64,000 nucleotides of DNA from Tubulanus polymorphus (lineage: Eukaryota > Animalia > Nemertea): contig NC_134025.1 in the NCBI RefSeq assembly GCF_964204645.1, positions 15,314,001-15,378,000 of the forward strand, read 5' to 3'. The translations under genes were made by a program, and so were the position numbers. Every line of letters begins with the position of its first letter. Position 1 is the stretch's first letter. The notes beneath the pieces are model-generated. The model ran no database searches. It had not been told where the DNA came from and saw nothing but the letters and a program-made list of their open reading frames with translations. Positions 40,797 through 53,115 of the stretch are shown here, in pieces.

Positions 40797-42703
40797 GGCT
40801 TAGTAAGTGTTGAAAAAGTCTAAGTCGAGAAATCAGTACAGTGCGCAGGGCTGTTCGAATATCACGGATACCGGATACCGGACACCTAAATACCGGATAC
40901 CGGATACTCGAGATTGCGGAGTATATAGCGCGTCGGGTCTAAGGATTCGTTTCCGTGCTGTTGTAAGTAGAACTGCCGCGACACACAATTCATTTATGTC
41001 AAATTGTTACAGCGGCTACCCAACTTATTTGTCTTAATATACAGCCTGCTTTCACGTTTTTAGTGTCATCATCGATCTCAATATTATACATATTTCTTTC
41101 TGAATACTGTTTTTCTTTGGTTAGGTGAAGTTAAACGCGTTATATTCATTTTTTATTATCTTACTTCACCGGTGATGGATATGTATTGGTGGCCCTTTTT
41201 GGTTTTTCTGTAAAATCCTTTCATTAATAGGACTGAGTGCTGCTAGGCCCTATATCTCAAGTTGGAAGGCCATAAGCGAGTCTGGCAGTTCTAAAGTTCC
41301 TTCTAATAAAGTTTGTTTTAAAGATCTGTACATTTTGTTGATTTACGATGGAATAGTTGAGCTGAACACCAATGAAATACAAGTATTTACAAACAAAGAA
41401 TAAAAATTCGTTTTCTTATTTTATGGAGGAGAATATTCGGTATATTCTATTTATTGGACGATATGTCTACATTTCATTCTCAATCACGATGTCCCTAAAA
41501 ATGAAATTGAGTCCATGGCGGTCGTCGAAAATCAACACCACTGGACACCAATTGTTTTGGTATAACCTTCAAAAATCAGTTCGTCGAATACCGGTTCCTA
41601 CCATAGTTCGAAGTGACTATTTACCCTGATGTTAAATTTGATTCTAAAGATCATGAAAATATAGATCGTCAATAACGCTTAACTTGATTAAAATGGCCTT
41701 CTTCGTGAAACTGAATGATAAAGATATTTTGTATTGTACAGTAGCTCTGCCCAAAACGGTAACGGTCTATTCGGTAATCCGTTCAAATTGGCAGAATGAT
41801 AAAAAATATTTTCTGTCCACTGTGTGTTACCGTGTCTGTCGTATGTAATCGTGTTATTACTCGGAAGCAATAAATCGGTATTGAATTGTCTAAACCGGTA
41901 ACATTTGTATGCTACTGTACTTGAAAAGCATAAACCGATGTATTATGAAAATAATATAGGCCTTTTATTCTTCTACTAGATCTCACACGAACTGCCGTTT
42001 ACCGCTGATCATTAGACCCGATGCGCTATATACTCCGCAATCTCGAGTATCCGGTATCCGGTATTTAGGTGTCCGGTGTCCGGTATCCGTGATATTCGAA
42101 CAGCCAGTGCGCAGGCGTCATGACAGTGTTTACATGTTTCAAAACTGGGTCATGTCACAGTACGGTATTCGCTTGAAATGAACCAGCGCGAACTTAGCAG
42201 CGGGATCGTGATGTCTAAATAATCTCGTATCATATGCTTGCGTATTATATGTTAATACAATTAAAAGAATTGTCCAAATAAATAAACAGTGACATTGGGA
42301 TCACCATAGAAAGTGCACCAAAGTTCATAATGGTTACCATTTCGAGATCAGCATTTTCGGGATTCGATCGTGATAGCGTCGTATAAAATAAATCAGCGAC
42401 ACTGGAGTCATCAAAGTTCAAATTGAAATGAAATAAGTTCAGTATTTTTCGGGGCTCGAATCTGGTAGCGCCGCAAAAATAAACGAGTGACACTCGGGTC
42501 ATCAATGTTCAAATCGAATTGAAATAAGATAATTATTTATTGTGGGATCCGAATCTAATAGAAACGGAAACATTGGAGTCATCAAAACACACATTCATTA
42601 TGCGTCCTGACATGACCCAGTTTTGGAAGTTCTGACATGTAGTGACGCCTGCGCACTCAACCGATTTCTGGACTTAGAGAATTTCACCAACACTCACTAA
42701 TGC
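40797..42703. mobile_element. MITE containing a nested hAT-like element (40846-42105)
   Basis: Outer imperfect TIRs ttagt(a/g)agtgttg...agtgcgcagg; inner ~95-bp TIRs ggctgttcgaatatcacggataccgg; agtgcg duplicated. Confidence 0.65.
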
Positions 42704-43000
42704 TCACTTCGCTACCGCTCCGCTCCGCGACCAATTGATTTATTTACAATACACAAATTCATATAATCAAATATATTCAAATAATAATAATTATTCTATT
42801 ATTCAACTGAAATGCACGCGGTTATGAAAATATATTATAGTTTTAAATTACTTTTAACATTTGTTTTTAATGAACTCGACCATTCAACCTTTGATATGAA
42901 AGCCCATTACCCCTATTACTCTTAAAATATTCATATAAATGAATAACATTTAAATCATTGAACTTCTAAAATCAATTTTAATAAAAAATTTAGTATTAAA

Positions 43001-43252
43001 ATGGAAGCAAATAAGTACTACTGTCCAACATGTAATATCAATATAGATAAATCCCAAAAAGCAAGACACAATAAAACTAAAACACATTTAGAGAATAAAT
43101 TGAAACTAGAATATTTACAGTTATATTTAGAACAGTTAACAAAGGCAAAGAAATTTATTGAATTATGGAATAATGATCCAAATAATGAACAATACGTTGA
43201 GGAATTTGATATCAAGGATCCGATGTTTATACTAGAACATGATTCTATTTGA
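43001..43252 (+). CDS. Chimeric ORF: PolB N-terminal zinc finger fused to HNH C-terminal tail
   Basis: Residues 1-38 match 56003-55890; the rest matches the end of 44266-44940. Confidence 0.65.
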   Translation: MEANKYYCPTCNINIDKSQKARHNKTKTHLENKLKLEYLQLYLEQLTKAKKFIELWNNDPNNEQYVEEFDIKDPMFILEHDSI

Positions 43253-44265
43253 GCCTATATACATTCAATGTACAGAGCTATGTAATAAATCTATAAATTC
43301 ACAGCTGTTACAGCTGTTACTATGACTCCGAGACTTATGACTCATAATTACAAACGTGCAAAGAACACTCTAGAACCGGAACCAGATGACGTGGCAAGAA
43401 ATGAACATACGCTGTAACATTGTGCTCAGGATATTCTATCTCTCGAAACGAAATTAGGAGTTTATAGTTTACAATTCTAAATCTAAATGTAAGTACTGTT
43501 TGTTGTAGTTATTAGGGCTATTAAATATGAAACCTTTAGATATATTTAAGTGTATTTAGTATATCTTTTAGATGGCTAGAGTTGCCGCTAATATCTTTTA
43601 GATTAATAAAACGCCATACGCATCAAGAAGTGATAGAGAAACTCAAGATACTCTTTCTGACTGAGGAATCAACAGCAATGGATATCAAACCAATAGAATC
43701 GCCAAAAGATCGAAGAAGAAATATAAGAATTTCAAAAACATTAAGACTCCAATGATTAAGTTTAACATTTGTTGATGTAGTTAAATATTTACCAGCAATT
43801 GAAAAAATGCTTGTAATTATAAATTGTATTTATAGAAATCAAATGATGTATTGAAAGAAATGACTGAACAACTTGTATAATGTATTGTGTAAATCTGTTT
43901 GGTGAATTTTTATGTTCAGTCGTTTCAATAATGATTCGTTTCAATTATGATTAGCGCATGCGCATTAAGCAAAACCGCGCACGAATGCGCGGTTTGCCTA
44001 ATGTGAACACGTTTAGATATTTCATATCGGTCGTTTCTATTTACATAATTATATATTCATTATGTAAATATAATTATGATTAACGCATGCGCATTAAGCA
44101 AAAGCGCGCATGAATGCGCGGTTTTGCCTAGTGGTATTATTTAGATATCAAGGAATCGAAACAATTTATAAAAAGCAGCGAGGAATGAAAAAGGATGACG
44201 TTGGTCGAAGAAATGGAAGAGGATTCTAAAATATTAACCAATTTAGTAAAAAATACGTATAATAA

Positions 44266-44940
44266 ATGGAACCAGAACAACCACAAACTATCAATATTAC
44301 AAATAACACTGGTGTTATAAATATATATTACAAGAAGTGTTCTAAGTGTGAATTAGATAAATCATTAACAGAATTTAGTAAGCGTAAGATTAGCAAAGAT
44401 GGTTTTCAATATTGCTGTAAAACTTGCACTAAACTATATACTAAACAATATCGAGAAGATAATATAGAACATTATAATTATTATATGGCAGAATATATGA
44501 GAGAAAGATATCAAACAGATCTTAATTTTAGATTGAAACAATGTTTAAGATCTAGATTAACACAATTATTCAACAAAGAAACGCATTCAGAAACACTATC
44601 TAATTTATTGGGTTGTTCAGATGAATTTCTCAAATCATGGATTATATTTCAATTCGATGATAAAATGAATATAGATAATTATGGGGATTATTACCATATT
44701 GATCACGTGTTACCAATATCTAAATTTAACATGAATGATGAATACAATAAAAAACTTATTTGGAATTGGAAGAATTTAAGACCTTTAGAAAAGAAGGAAA
44801 ACATAATTAAATCTAATAAACTAGATTTACAGTTACATTTAGAACAGTTAACAAAGGCAAAGAAATTTATTGATCAATGGAACAATAATCCAAATAATGA
44901 ACAATACGTTGAGGAATTTGATATCAAGGATCCGAAATGA
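44266..44940 (+). CDS. HNH endonuclease with N-terminal Cys motifs (large-DNA-virus type)
   Basis: CSKC..EF.K..SKDG..CCKTC; YHIDHVLPIS..NWKNLRPL..EN..K. Confidence 0.8.
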   Translation: MEPEQPQTINITNNTGVINIYYKKCSKCELDKSLTEFSKRKISKDGFQYCCKTCTKLYTKQYREDNIEHYNYYMAEYMRERYQTDLNFRLKQCLRSRLTQLFNKETHSETLSNLLGCSDEFLKSWIIFQFDDKMNIDNYGDYYHIDHVLPISKFNMNDEYNKKLIWNWKNLRPLEKKENIIKSNKLDLQLHLEQLTKAKKFIDQWNNNPNNEQYVEEFDIKDPK

Positions 44941-45242
44941 CTTATCTGGACAGTTATAACTACTGCTCCTAATAGATAAACAAAAGTAGTGAGATATCAA
45001 ATAGATTTTAAATAAAAAGTATTTAAAAAACAATAACTTCAACCAGCTTGTGAATTCTATTATATTTTTAATATTTTCTTTTCAAAAAAGAATACTTTAT
45101 ATCACAAATAAAAAATACTAAAAAAACAATAACTAATACTAAAATTCTTTACCTTTAACTAAGCTAGTATTAATCTAAAGAGATACTGGTATCATTTGTA
45201 GAATACTTATAATATGTTTTTTGCTTTTTTCCTCTAATATAA

Positions 45243-45846
45243 ATGTCAAAGAAATCGAGTAAGAATAGTATTGATATTGAAAAGACATGATGATGATTTG
45301 GGTATAAGTGATAATAAAGATACAGTTGTAACTAATTGTGCTCAAGTTAATTGTAATATTGATTATGAATACTATTTATATTGTAAGCATCATCTAGAAC
45401 TATTGATTGCCGGTGGAAAAACTAATGAGTTTTTAAATAGAATCATTACTTTTCAAGAACTAGACTCTATGAAACCGGATAAAGTAATAAAATATTTTAA
45501 GATTTATGAAGAAGCTAGATTAGCTAGAATAAACGACTCTATAAGTGATGGTATTATAAAATGTTACTCTAAGTTATGTAACCAGTTAATACCAATTGAT
45601 GATGAAAATGAATTATATAGTGATTTGAAAAATGACTATTTAGTTATGACTGAATTACAAAAATGGGTTGGTTATGCTTCATTTCAATTAGGATCGGTTA
45701 TGACATTAATTTCTACTGGTGTCATTACATTTTCGAACATCAAGCCTATGGAATATAAATCAGGTAAGAACGAAACAGATGTACTACAACCAAACGTCGA
45801 AACAGAAAATGAATCAGAACAAAAATTAACTAAAATAAATGAGTGA
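45243..45846 (+). pseudogene. Viral hypothetical protein with hydrophobic C-terminal segment; frameshift near start
   Basis: TAAATG start at 45243 is out of frame with ORF 45271-45846. Confidence 0.55.
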
Positions 45847-46198
45847 TAGCGTTAAGAAGAAGCCTAGATCCGAGAAACAAATTATATGGGCAAGAGAATT
45901 AGGTAAAAGATCTTCAGAATTAAAAAAAGCTAAGAAAAAGAAATTAACTGATATAAATGAATTATCTGATATTGATTCAAATAATAATCCATCTGATTCG
46001 TCTAATGCTGGAAGTAATTATTAATTATATATTACAATTGGATTAGTAACAGTTATTATATTATCTGGTGTAATATATAAATCAAAATTCAAATCCGATG
46101 ATAAAGATGATTCCAATGATAATAAACCTATCATACCAGAAAATAAGTCAAATCATAAAGTCATTGAAACTAAATCTAAATTATTATTAATGGATTAA
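45839..46198 (+). pseudogene. Small basic membrane protein with one in-frame TAA
   Basis: Frame continues after the 46024 stop into LYITIGLVTVIILSGVIYK, ending at TAA 46198. Confidence 0.6.
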
Positions 46199-46204
46199 AA
46201 TAGA

Positions 46205-47290
46205 ATGAAAAAAGAACAATATTTAAGAGATTTATATTATAACCCAGAAAGTGAAGTATCATATTCTAGTATTTCAGAATTATGGAATAAAATTAAATTT
46301 GATAATGGTGATATAAAATATAGCGAATTAAAATCATGGTTACAAAATCAACCAACATATCAAATCCACAAGAAAATGGATAAAACTTATTTAACAAGAA
46401 AAGTTATGGTTTCATATATCGATCAACAATGGCAAGCAGATTTAATTGACATGAAGAACTTAGAAGAACACAACAAAGGATATTTCTGGATACTGAATGT
46501 TATAGACATATTCAGTCGATACGCATGGTCAATTCCAATCAAAAATAAAACTGGTATAGAAGTAACAAATGCTTTTAAATCTATATTTAAAGAAGCTATT
46601 CCTGATAAGATACAATTTGATGAAGGTAAGGAATTCTATAACAAACATTTCAAAAAACTATTATCTGATAACGATGTAGACTATTTTTCAACACACTCAG
46701 ATAAAAAAGCATCTATTATAGACAGATTTAATAAAACATCGAAAACTAGAATGTGGAAATATTTTACTGCTAATGAAACATATAAATATATCGATGTGTT
46801 AGATGATTTAGTGAAAGGTTATAATAATTCTAAACATAATTCTATAAATATGAAACCTATACAAGCTAGAAAAGAAGATAATTCAGAAATAGTTTGGAAT
46901 AATTTATATGGAGCGTTTGTTACACATGATTTCGGAGAACCTAAATTTAAAATAAGACAACACGTAAGAATATCTAAATATAGAAAAACCTTTTATAAAG
47001 GTTATACCCCTAATTTTACAGAAGAAATATTTAAGATTAAAAAGATAATATTAACTAAACCTTTTGTGTATAAATTAGAAGATCTAAAAGATGAAGAAAT
47101 ATTAGGTTATTTCTATGATCAAGAATTATCACTTGTACCAAATCCAGATGAAATAGAATACAAAATAGAAAAAGTATTGAAAACAAAAACTCTTAAAGGA
47201 AAAAAGTATTCTTTGGTGAAATATAAAGGATATGATGATAAATTTAATGAATGGATTTTATCTAGTAAAATTAAAAGAATAAATGAATAA
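46205..47290 (+). CDS. Polinton-type RVE integrase with C-terminal chromodomain
   Basis: WQADLID, IDIFSRYAW, QFDEGKEF, IIDRFNKT, YNNSKH; chromo motif YKIEKVL...LVKYKGY...EW. Confidence 0.93.
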   Translation: MKKEQYLRDLYYNPESEVSYSSISELWNKIKFDNGDIKYSELKSWLQNQPTYQIHKKMDKTYLTRKVMVSYIDQQWQADLIDMKNLEEHNKGYFWILNVIDIFSRYAWSIPIKNKTGIEVTNAFKSIFKEAIPDKIQFDEGKEFYNKHFKKLLSDNDVDYFSTHSDKKASIIDRFNKTSKTRMWKYFTANETYKYIDVLDDLVKGYNNSKHNSINMKPIQARKEDNSEIVWNNLYGAFVTHDFGEPKFKIRQHVRISKYRKTFYKGYTPNFTEEIFKIKKIILTKPFVYKLEDLKDEEILGYFYDQELSLVPNPDEIEYKIEKVLKTKTLKGKKYSLVKYKGYDDKFNEWILSSKIKRINE

Positions 47291-47894
47291 AGATTTATTT
47301 ATATTTGAACCGCATAATATGTTAGTTACTGGAGTAACCGATTGTGGTAAAACACATTTCATATTAGATTTGTTAGAAACTATTTATAAGAATCATTTTG
47401 ATAATATAATATTATTCTGTCCTACTTACGAAATGAATAAAACATATAATAGAGACATAGTTAAGATGAAAAAGTTTATTATATTAGATCCTAAAACAGT
47501 AAAAGGAAATTTAGATAATTGTATAAAAATAGCAATTAATACTTATAAAGGATCAAATACATTATTCATTATAGATGATTGCGCTAATTCACATGATTCA
47601 AAAGTGAGAGAAAGTGAGTTATGTTATCTAGCTTTCTCTGGAAGACATTTTGGGATAACAACATGGGTTTTAAATCAAAAATATAATTCAATTGTTAAAG
47701 ACTTTAGGGAGAATATAAGATTTCTAGTTTTATTTTATAACAAAGATAAAAAATCTATGCAACAATCATTGGAAGAAAATCAAATTATACCTACTGAATT
47801 ATACGATGAATATATGAATAAATTAAAGAATAATAAAGGTTCAAAATTATTACTGAGACTACAATTTCCCTATGAATATAAATTTATAAAATAA
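47283..47894 (+). CDS. A32/FtsK-like DNA packaging ATPase
   Basis: Walker A GVTDCGKT, Walker B LFIIDD, SGRH, LNQ.Y, REN motifs. Confidence 0.9.
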   Translation: MNKDLFIFEPHNMLVTGVTDCGKTHFILDLLETIYKNHFDNIILFCPTYEMNKTYNRDIVKMKKFIILDPKTVKGNLDNCIKIAINTYKGSNTLFIIDDCANSHDSKVRESELCYLAFSGRHFGITTWVLNQKYNSIVKDFRENIRFLVLFYNKDKKSMQQSLEENQIIPTELYDEYMNKLKNNKGSKLLLRLQFPYEYKFIK

Positions 47895-48095
47895 AATTTA
47901 TATGACTATGTATTAGATACCCTAATACCTGATACCCCATTAGATACCCTAATACAAATAATATGTATTAGATATGTATTAGATATGTATTAGATACCTT
48001 AAATACCTTAAATACTTAAAACCCCCTTTTTATTTTCTATTATTTTATACAATTTTCAAATAATATTATTATTTGAATTAAATATAATTAATATC

Positions 48096-48887
48096 TTAAT
48101 CGCTTCCACTATCACTCTCCAATTCACTATCAGGCCCTAACAATTTATTCAAATGCTCTACCGAATCTACATCAATAGTTGTTTTATTTTTATACTTATT
48201 CTTCGCCCTTTTTACCGCAGCATCAATAGTTGTTTCATTGTTATGCTTATTCATCCAATCAAATTTATCATTATTTTCTACTTTATGTTTCATAGAATCT
48301 TTATTAGTGTTTGCTCCTAATATTTCATTTACAGTGTTTGATCCTAATATTTCATTAGCATCAGTTAAATCTAATTCATCTTTATTAGGTGTTGCTAATA
48401 AAAAATCTTCATATAATTCTTTACCATTTACTTTTTTATTTGAAACAAACTTTGTAACATATCTAAATGGGTGTTCTATAAATTCTCTTAAACCAACACG
48501 TTCTATAACATTAGTAATATGTACCTTTGTATTCATATGTTTATTCCAATTTGATGGGGCGTTTGAAAATTCACCTTTACAATAATCACAATAATTTCTA
48601 TTTTCACTAACATTTAATATTATTTCATTATTAGATGTAGTAGGTATTACATTATTAGATGTAGTAGGTATTACTGTAGTAGGTATTACATTATTATCAA
48701 TTACATTACTTAAATTATCAACAACACCACTTTTATTATTATCGATTTCTATTAGTTTAGTTTTATAAATTTTGAAAATAGGATCAAATATCAAAGCTAT
48801 GTTACAAGGTATTACATAATATAAACCATCATTATTTTCATGTGTATCGATGTATGGAATATGTTTATATACTTAACCTCCTTCCAT
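48096..48887 (-). pseudogene. Viral protein with C2H2 zinc finger
   Basis: CDYC...HMNTKVH; in-frame TAAATG start at 48887 followed by TAA at codon 5. Confidence 0.6.
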
Positions 48888-48919
48888 TTATTATATATAT
48901 TTTTATTAAAGTTAAAATT

Positions 48920-50167
48920 TTAATACATAACACTATCTAATTGTGAATTTACAATATTTAATTGCGCGTCAGATATAATATAAATGTGCATTTTAAAATT
49001 TTTGATTCCTTTATTCTTTGTCATGAATAATTGTATTCCATCTTTAGTGTTTTGTAGTTTTTTTCCAGAACCATGTAATGAATTATCCTCTGTTGTTCTT
49101 AAATCTAACCATAATGCATATTTATTGCCGGTATAATAATCAATTTGATTAATATTACAATTTTCAAATGATTTTACTTTTTCATTCATAAAATGTTTTC
49201 TAATTTCTGGCCACCGATCAATCATTCTCATTCCTTGACAAAATATTGTATTTGCTATTCCTTCGATAGTTATTTGTACTTTTGTTATTTCAGGATTATA
49301 ATAATTATCAACATTTATTGCACCATTAGAATATGTTGCAATCGTAAAAAATATTAATATACCTTTAATAGATCTTCTTGGGAAGTTAATATTCTCATTA
49401 ATAATTTCATCATTTGCATTAATAGTTACAGTTTTAAATTTATCAATATAATCATATAATAATGAAAATCCTTGATTGTATTTAGTTTGAATTATACTTG
49501 AAATATTTTCATCAGTTACTGTGTCATATTCCAAACATATATTCGATAATTTATAACTCATATCTTTAACAACGCTAGATAATACAATTTCATTTACAGG
49601 AGCAAATGTTATCTCGAATATAATATCTTCTTGAATTGCGTATTTATATAAAGGTGCATTATTATTTATCAATTCAAAGTCTAATGGAATTTTATATTTG
49701 CTTCCATAAATCTTTTTTATCAAATTATCTGCGGTACGAGTTACTATTGCGTCATTAGCTCCTGATCTTAATTTATTTTGGTTTTCTGATTGGATTCCTT
49801 GAAATATCATATTATTTCTATTTTCTTTAGTTAACCATAAATCTTTATAATGCATGAATAAATTATAATCATCTAATGAGAAAACTGTTTCCGGACCAAT
49901 CTTTATAGTTAATTTTTTAATCAAATATCTTCCAACATTATCAACAACATAATTGTTATCATGGCCAGTTACTTTTATATCGGCTGATAAATAAATACTA
50001 TTTGGAACGTAAAAAGTATTTTGTGTTAATCGACGGATTCTAACATATAAAGTTTCATCAGGATTAATATTTGAAGGGTTATTAGTAATTATATGATGTG
50101 ATCTTTCTGCTTTAATAGCATTAGATATTCTAGAAATCTTAGAAGGACTTATATAACTCCCACTCAT
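48920..50167 (-). CDS. Major capsid protein (probable double jelly-roll)
   Basis: 415 aa, beta-rich, N-terminal NPSNINPDETLYVRI, C-terminal MHIYIISDAQLNI; lies near the ATPase and integrase. Confidence 0.8.
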   Translation of the reverse strand: MSGSYISPSKISRISNAIKAERSHHIITNNPSNINPDETLYVRIRRLTQNTFYVPNSIYLSADIKVTGHDNNYVVDNVGRYLIKKLTIKIGPETVFSLDDYNLFMHYKDLWLTKENRNNMIFQGIQSENQNKLRSGANDAIVTRTADNLIKKIYGSKYKIPLDFELINNNAPLYKYAIQEDIIFEITFAPVNEIVLSSVVKDMSYKLSNICLEYDTVTDENISSIIQTKYNQGFSLLYDYIDKFKTVTINANDEIINENINFPRRSIKGILIFFTIATYSNGAINVDNYYNPEITKVQITIEGIANTIFCQGMRMIDRWPEIRKHFMNEKVKSFENCNINQIDYYTGNKYALWLDLRTTEDNSLHGSGKKLQNTKDGIQLFMTKNKGIKNFKMHIYIISDAQLNIVNSQLDSVMY

Positions 50168-50191
50168 TTATTAATCAAAAAAATTAATTAT

Positions 50192-51667
50192 TTATTTTTT
50201 ATTATTTTTTTCTTGATATCTTTTTGATATCATATTTACTAACCCAAAAATAATAGCACTTACAACTGTAATTAAAAATAAAATAATATGTTCAGCAGCA
50301 AAGTTAAGAATAATCCCAGCAGATTTCAATATAAAACCAACAATTGATGCAATAACTCCTGGCAATGCTGCAGCAGATCTTTTAGATAGTTCCCATAAAT
50401 ATTTTGCTAATTTCTTTAAACCATCTTTAACTTTATCTTGTATAGAATTATTATCTGGGGGTTTATCCGGTTTATTGGGAGTAGGAGTAGATTTTAAAGC
50501 ATTTGATATTGCTAAACCAATTGTTGTAAATAACATAGTTACAGCTGTTAGAATTGAAAGAATTGTTATTCCTTCAAACTTAAATAATAATTTTATTCTA
50601 TCTTTCAATGATATTTTAGAATCTGGTTTTATTAGATATCTTTTAAAAACATCTTTTAATCTATTAATATTATAATCATATGATTTTAATAATAATTTAA
50701 TTTCTTCTTTTTGTAATTCTATGTTATATTCTTAATCATCTTTTTCTTTTTCTAAACGTACTTCTTTTTGCCTATATTCTATTTCATCAATTACTTGATG
50801 ATCTAAATCAGACTTTAATTGTTCTATTTCTTTATTTTTATCAGTTAATTCTTTTTCTAAAGTTCTAATTTTAAAATCTCTTATACTTTTATCATGCGCA
50901 ATTTTATCAGATGCAAGTCTTATACTAATAATTTCTCTAATTGCTTTATCAGAAAATATATCTAAATCTTCTAATTCTTGATCTGTTGCATCAAGTAATC
51001 CATTCGGTAAAAGTTTTTCAATTGGAACTTTATTTGATTTAAGTTTACTATTTTTGGAAGTTTTATTCTGTTCAGAACTTGTTTCTGGTTCTAAATTATT
51101 ATCGCTTGTTTCAAATAATTTATTGATTCTTTGTTTAAATACTCTTTCATTTTTAATAATTTCTTCTTGTGTTACATCTTCTGGTTCATTACTATTTCTT
51201 ATTCTTTTAATTCTAGATAGGTCTAACTTAAGCAAAGTTGATTCTGCTAATAATTTTTCTTGTTTTTTATAAGAGATATCAATATAATAATCATCTTTCA
51301 AACGATAATAATATTCACCATCTAAAAACTTTAATTCTTGTACTAAAAGTCTAGCGCCTCTGGCATTGATATTATATCCAGATTTTTCAAATATAGGTTT
51401 GAAATTATAAATATATTCATTATATTCTAAATTTTGTTTTACTAAATCTGGATTTTCATTTTCAGGATTTATTCTCGATCTAGTTCTTCTATCAAATTCA
51501 TCTGTTGATTGACCTTTAGAACCACTATCTGCTAAATTAGAATTATATGCTGATTCATCATCATTATCAATATTAGTTTCTGCATCATTATAATCATCAT
51601 CAATATATCCTTCATTATTATTTCCCATTTCTCCCATTTCATAATCTTCTCCACCTTCTACATCCAT
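50192..51667 (-). pseudogene. ~491-aa acidic/coiled-coil protein with C-terminal TM segments; one premature TAA (50732-50734)
   Basis: ORFs 50732-51667 and 50192-50608 are in frame; the left copy has TTA at that codon. Confidence 0.75.
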
Positions 51668-51683
51668 TTACATAATAAAAAAA

Positions 51684-53099
51684 TTAAAATTTAAAATATA
51701 ATATTCCTCCGATTACAATTCCTATACAAGTTATAGCTAATTTAGTATTTTCATGGGATTTATTATCATTATCAGTTTTAATTATATCATGTTGAATAAT
51801 ATCAGTTTTTATATCACCGTGTGGGTGCCGTACGGCACCATTTTCTGATGTATTATAATCTTTTATTTTAGAATCATTATTTAATTTAATATTCTTAGTT
51901 TTAGTTTCTGTTGATTGAATCTGTTATTTATTTTTTACACCTTCCATTAATTTTGGAGCAGTAATAATCTTTTTATTTATATCATTCAATCCAAATGAAT
52001 TATTTATTGTTGCAGTTTTAATTAGATTATTATAACCAATTATATTTCCCATCTTTAATACTAAATCATTAGAAATAATTAATAGATTAGGGCCTATACA
52101 ATAATTAAGCCTTACATGAGATTTATCTAAATAATTTTGATATCTTATAATGTTTTCTGGAATCGATCTATTTTTATCATTATGTATGGAATCATCAAAT
52201 AATACTTTAAATTGTTTTTGTGTATCGAATGATGTATTCAAATTTCCAATTATTGGGGATCTTGTTTCAACTTGCGCACCTAAAATACATATCAAATAAG
52301 TTCTAATTGATTGATTTATTCTTTGTATTCCGGCTTTAGTAAAACCTTCATTATTTTCTAAAATGAAATAAACCCAACCATTATTGTTTTCTTGTTTTAA
52401 ATTATCATAAAATGTCGGTAATTTATTAAAATTTAATGTTTCTAAATCCTTAGTTTCTATTTTACCATAACTTAATTTATGACTATAGATATTATACAAA
52501 CTATTAGATGGTATGGGAAGTGCACAATATTCTGCAATCTTTTTAGGGCAAGGAAGTGATCTTATTGTTCCAATTTTTGTTCTAAAATCAGAATTATTTA
52601 TATCTATATTAAATTCATTACAAATTTTATAAAACTTTGATAAATTAATATTATTATCTAATTCTTTAAAATACCTAGATCCTGGTAAAGCGCACTCTAA
52701 TTCATTTAATATTATTCTGATTTGAAAGTATGTATGAAATCTAAATAAACTTTGAATTAATTTATATTTAGAATTATTCAAATGATCATTCCAACTAATT
52801 CCACAACCTGTTGTTGCACAATAAACAGCAAAATTTAATTGGTTCTGCCAATACTTCATATTAGATTTTAATAACCATTGTTTTTCATCTTTCAATTTTT
52901 TAAAATTAATTAAATTTACATGAAATACATTTTCCATCTTTGCATTAAAATTATTAGTTTCAGTAACATAAATTTCTAAATTAGTTAATGAATCTAAAAC
53001 TTCATTTCTATATGTAATATCTTTATTAAAATCTATTGCTGGAATATTATATTTAATTGATTTATTATATTGGAAAGCTTTTGGAAAACTATCTACCAT
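51684..53099 (-). pseudogene. ~471-aa conserved viral protein with C-terminal membrane anchor; premature TAA at 51924-51926
   Basis: Frame continues after the stop to ITCIGIVIGGIIYFKF*; homolog at 50-1213. Confidence 0.75.
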
Positions 53100-53115
53100 T
53101 TATATAATTAAAAAA

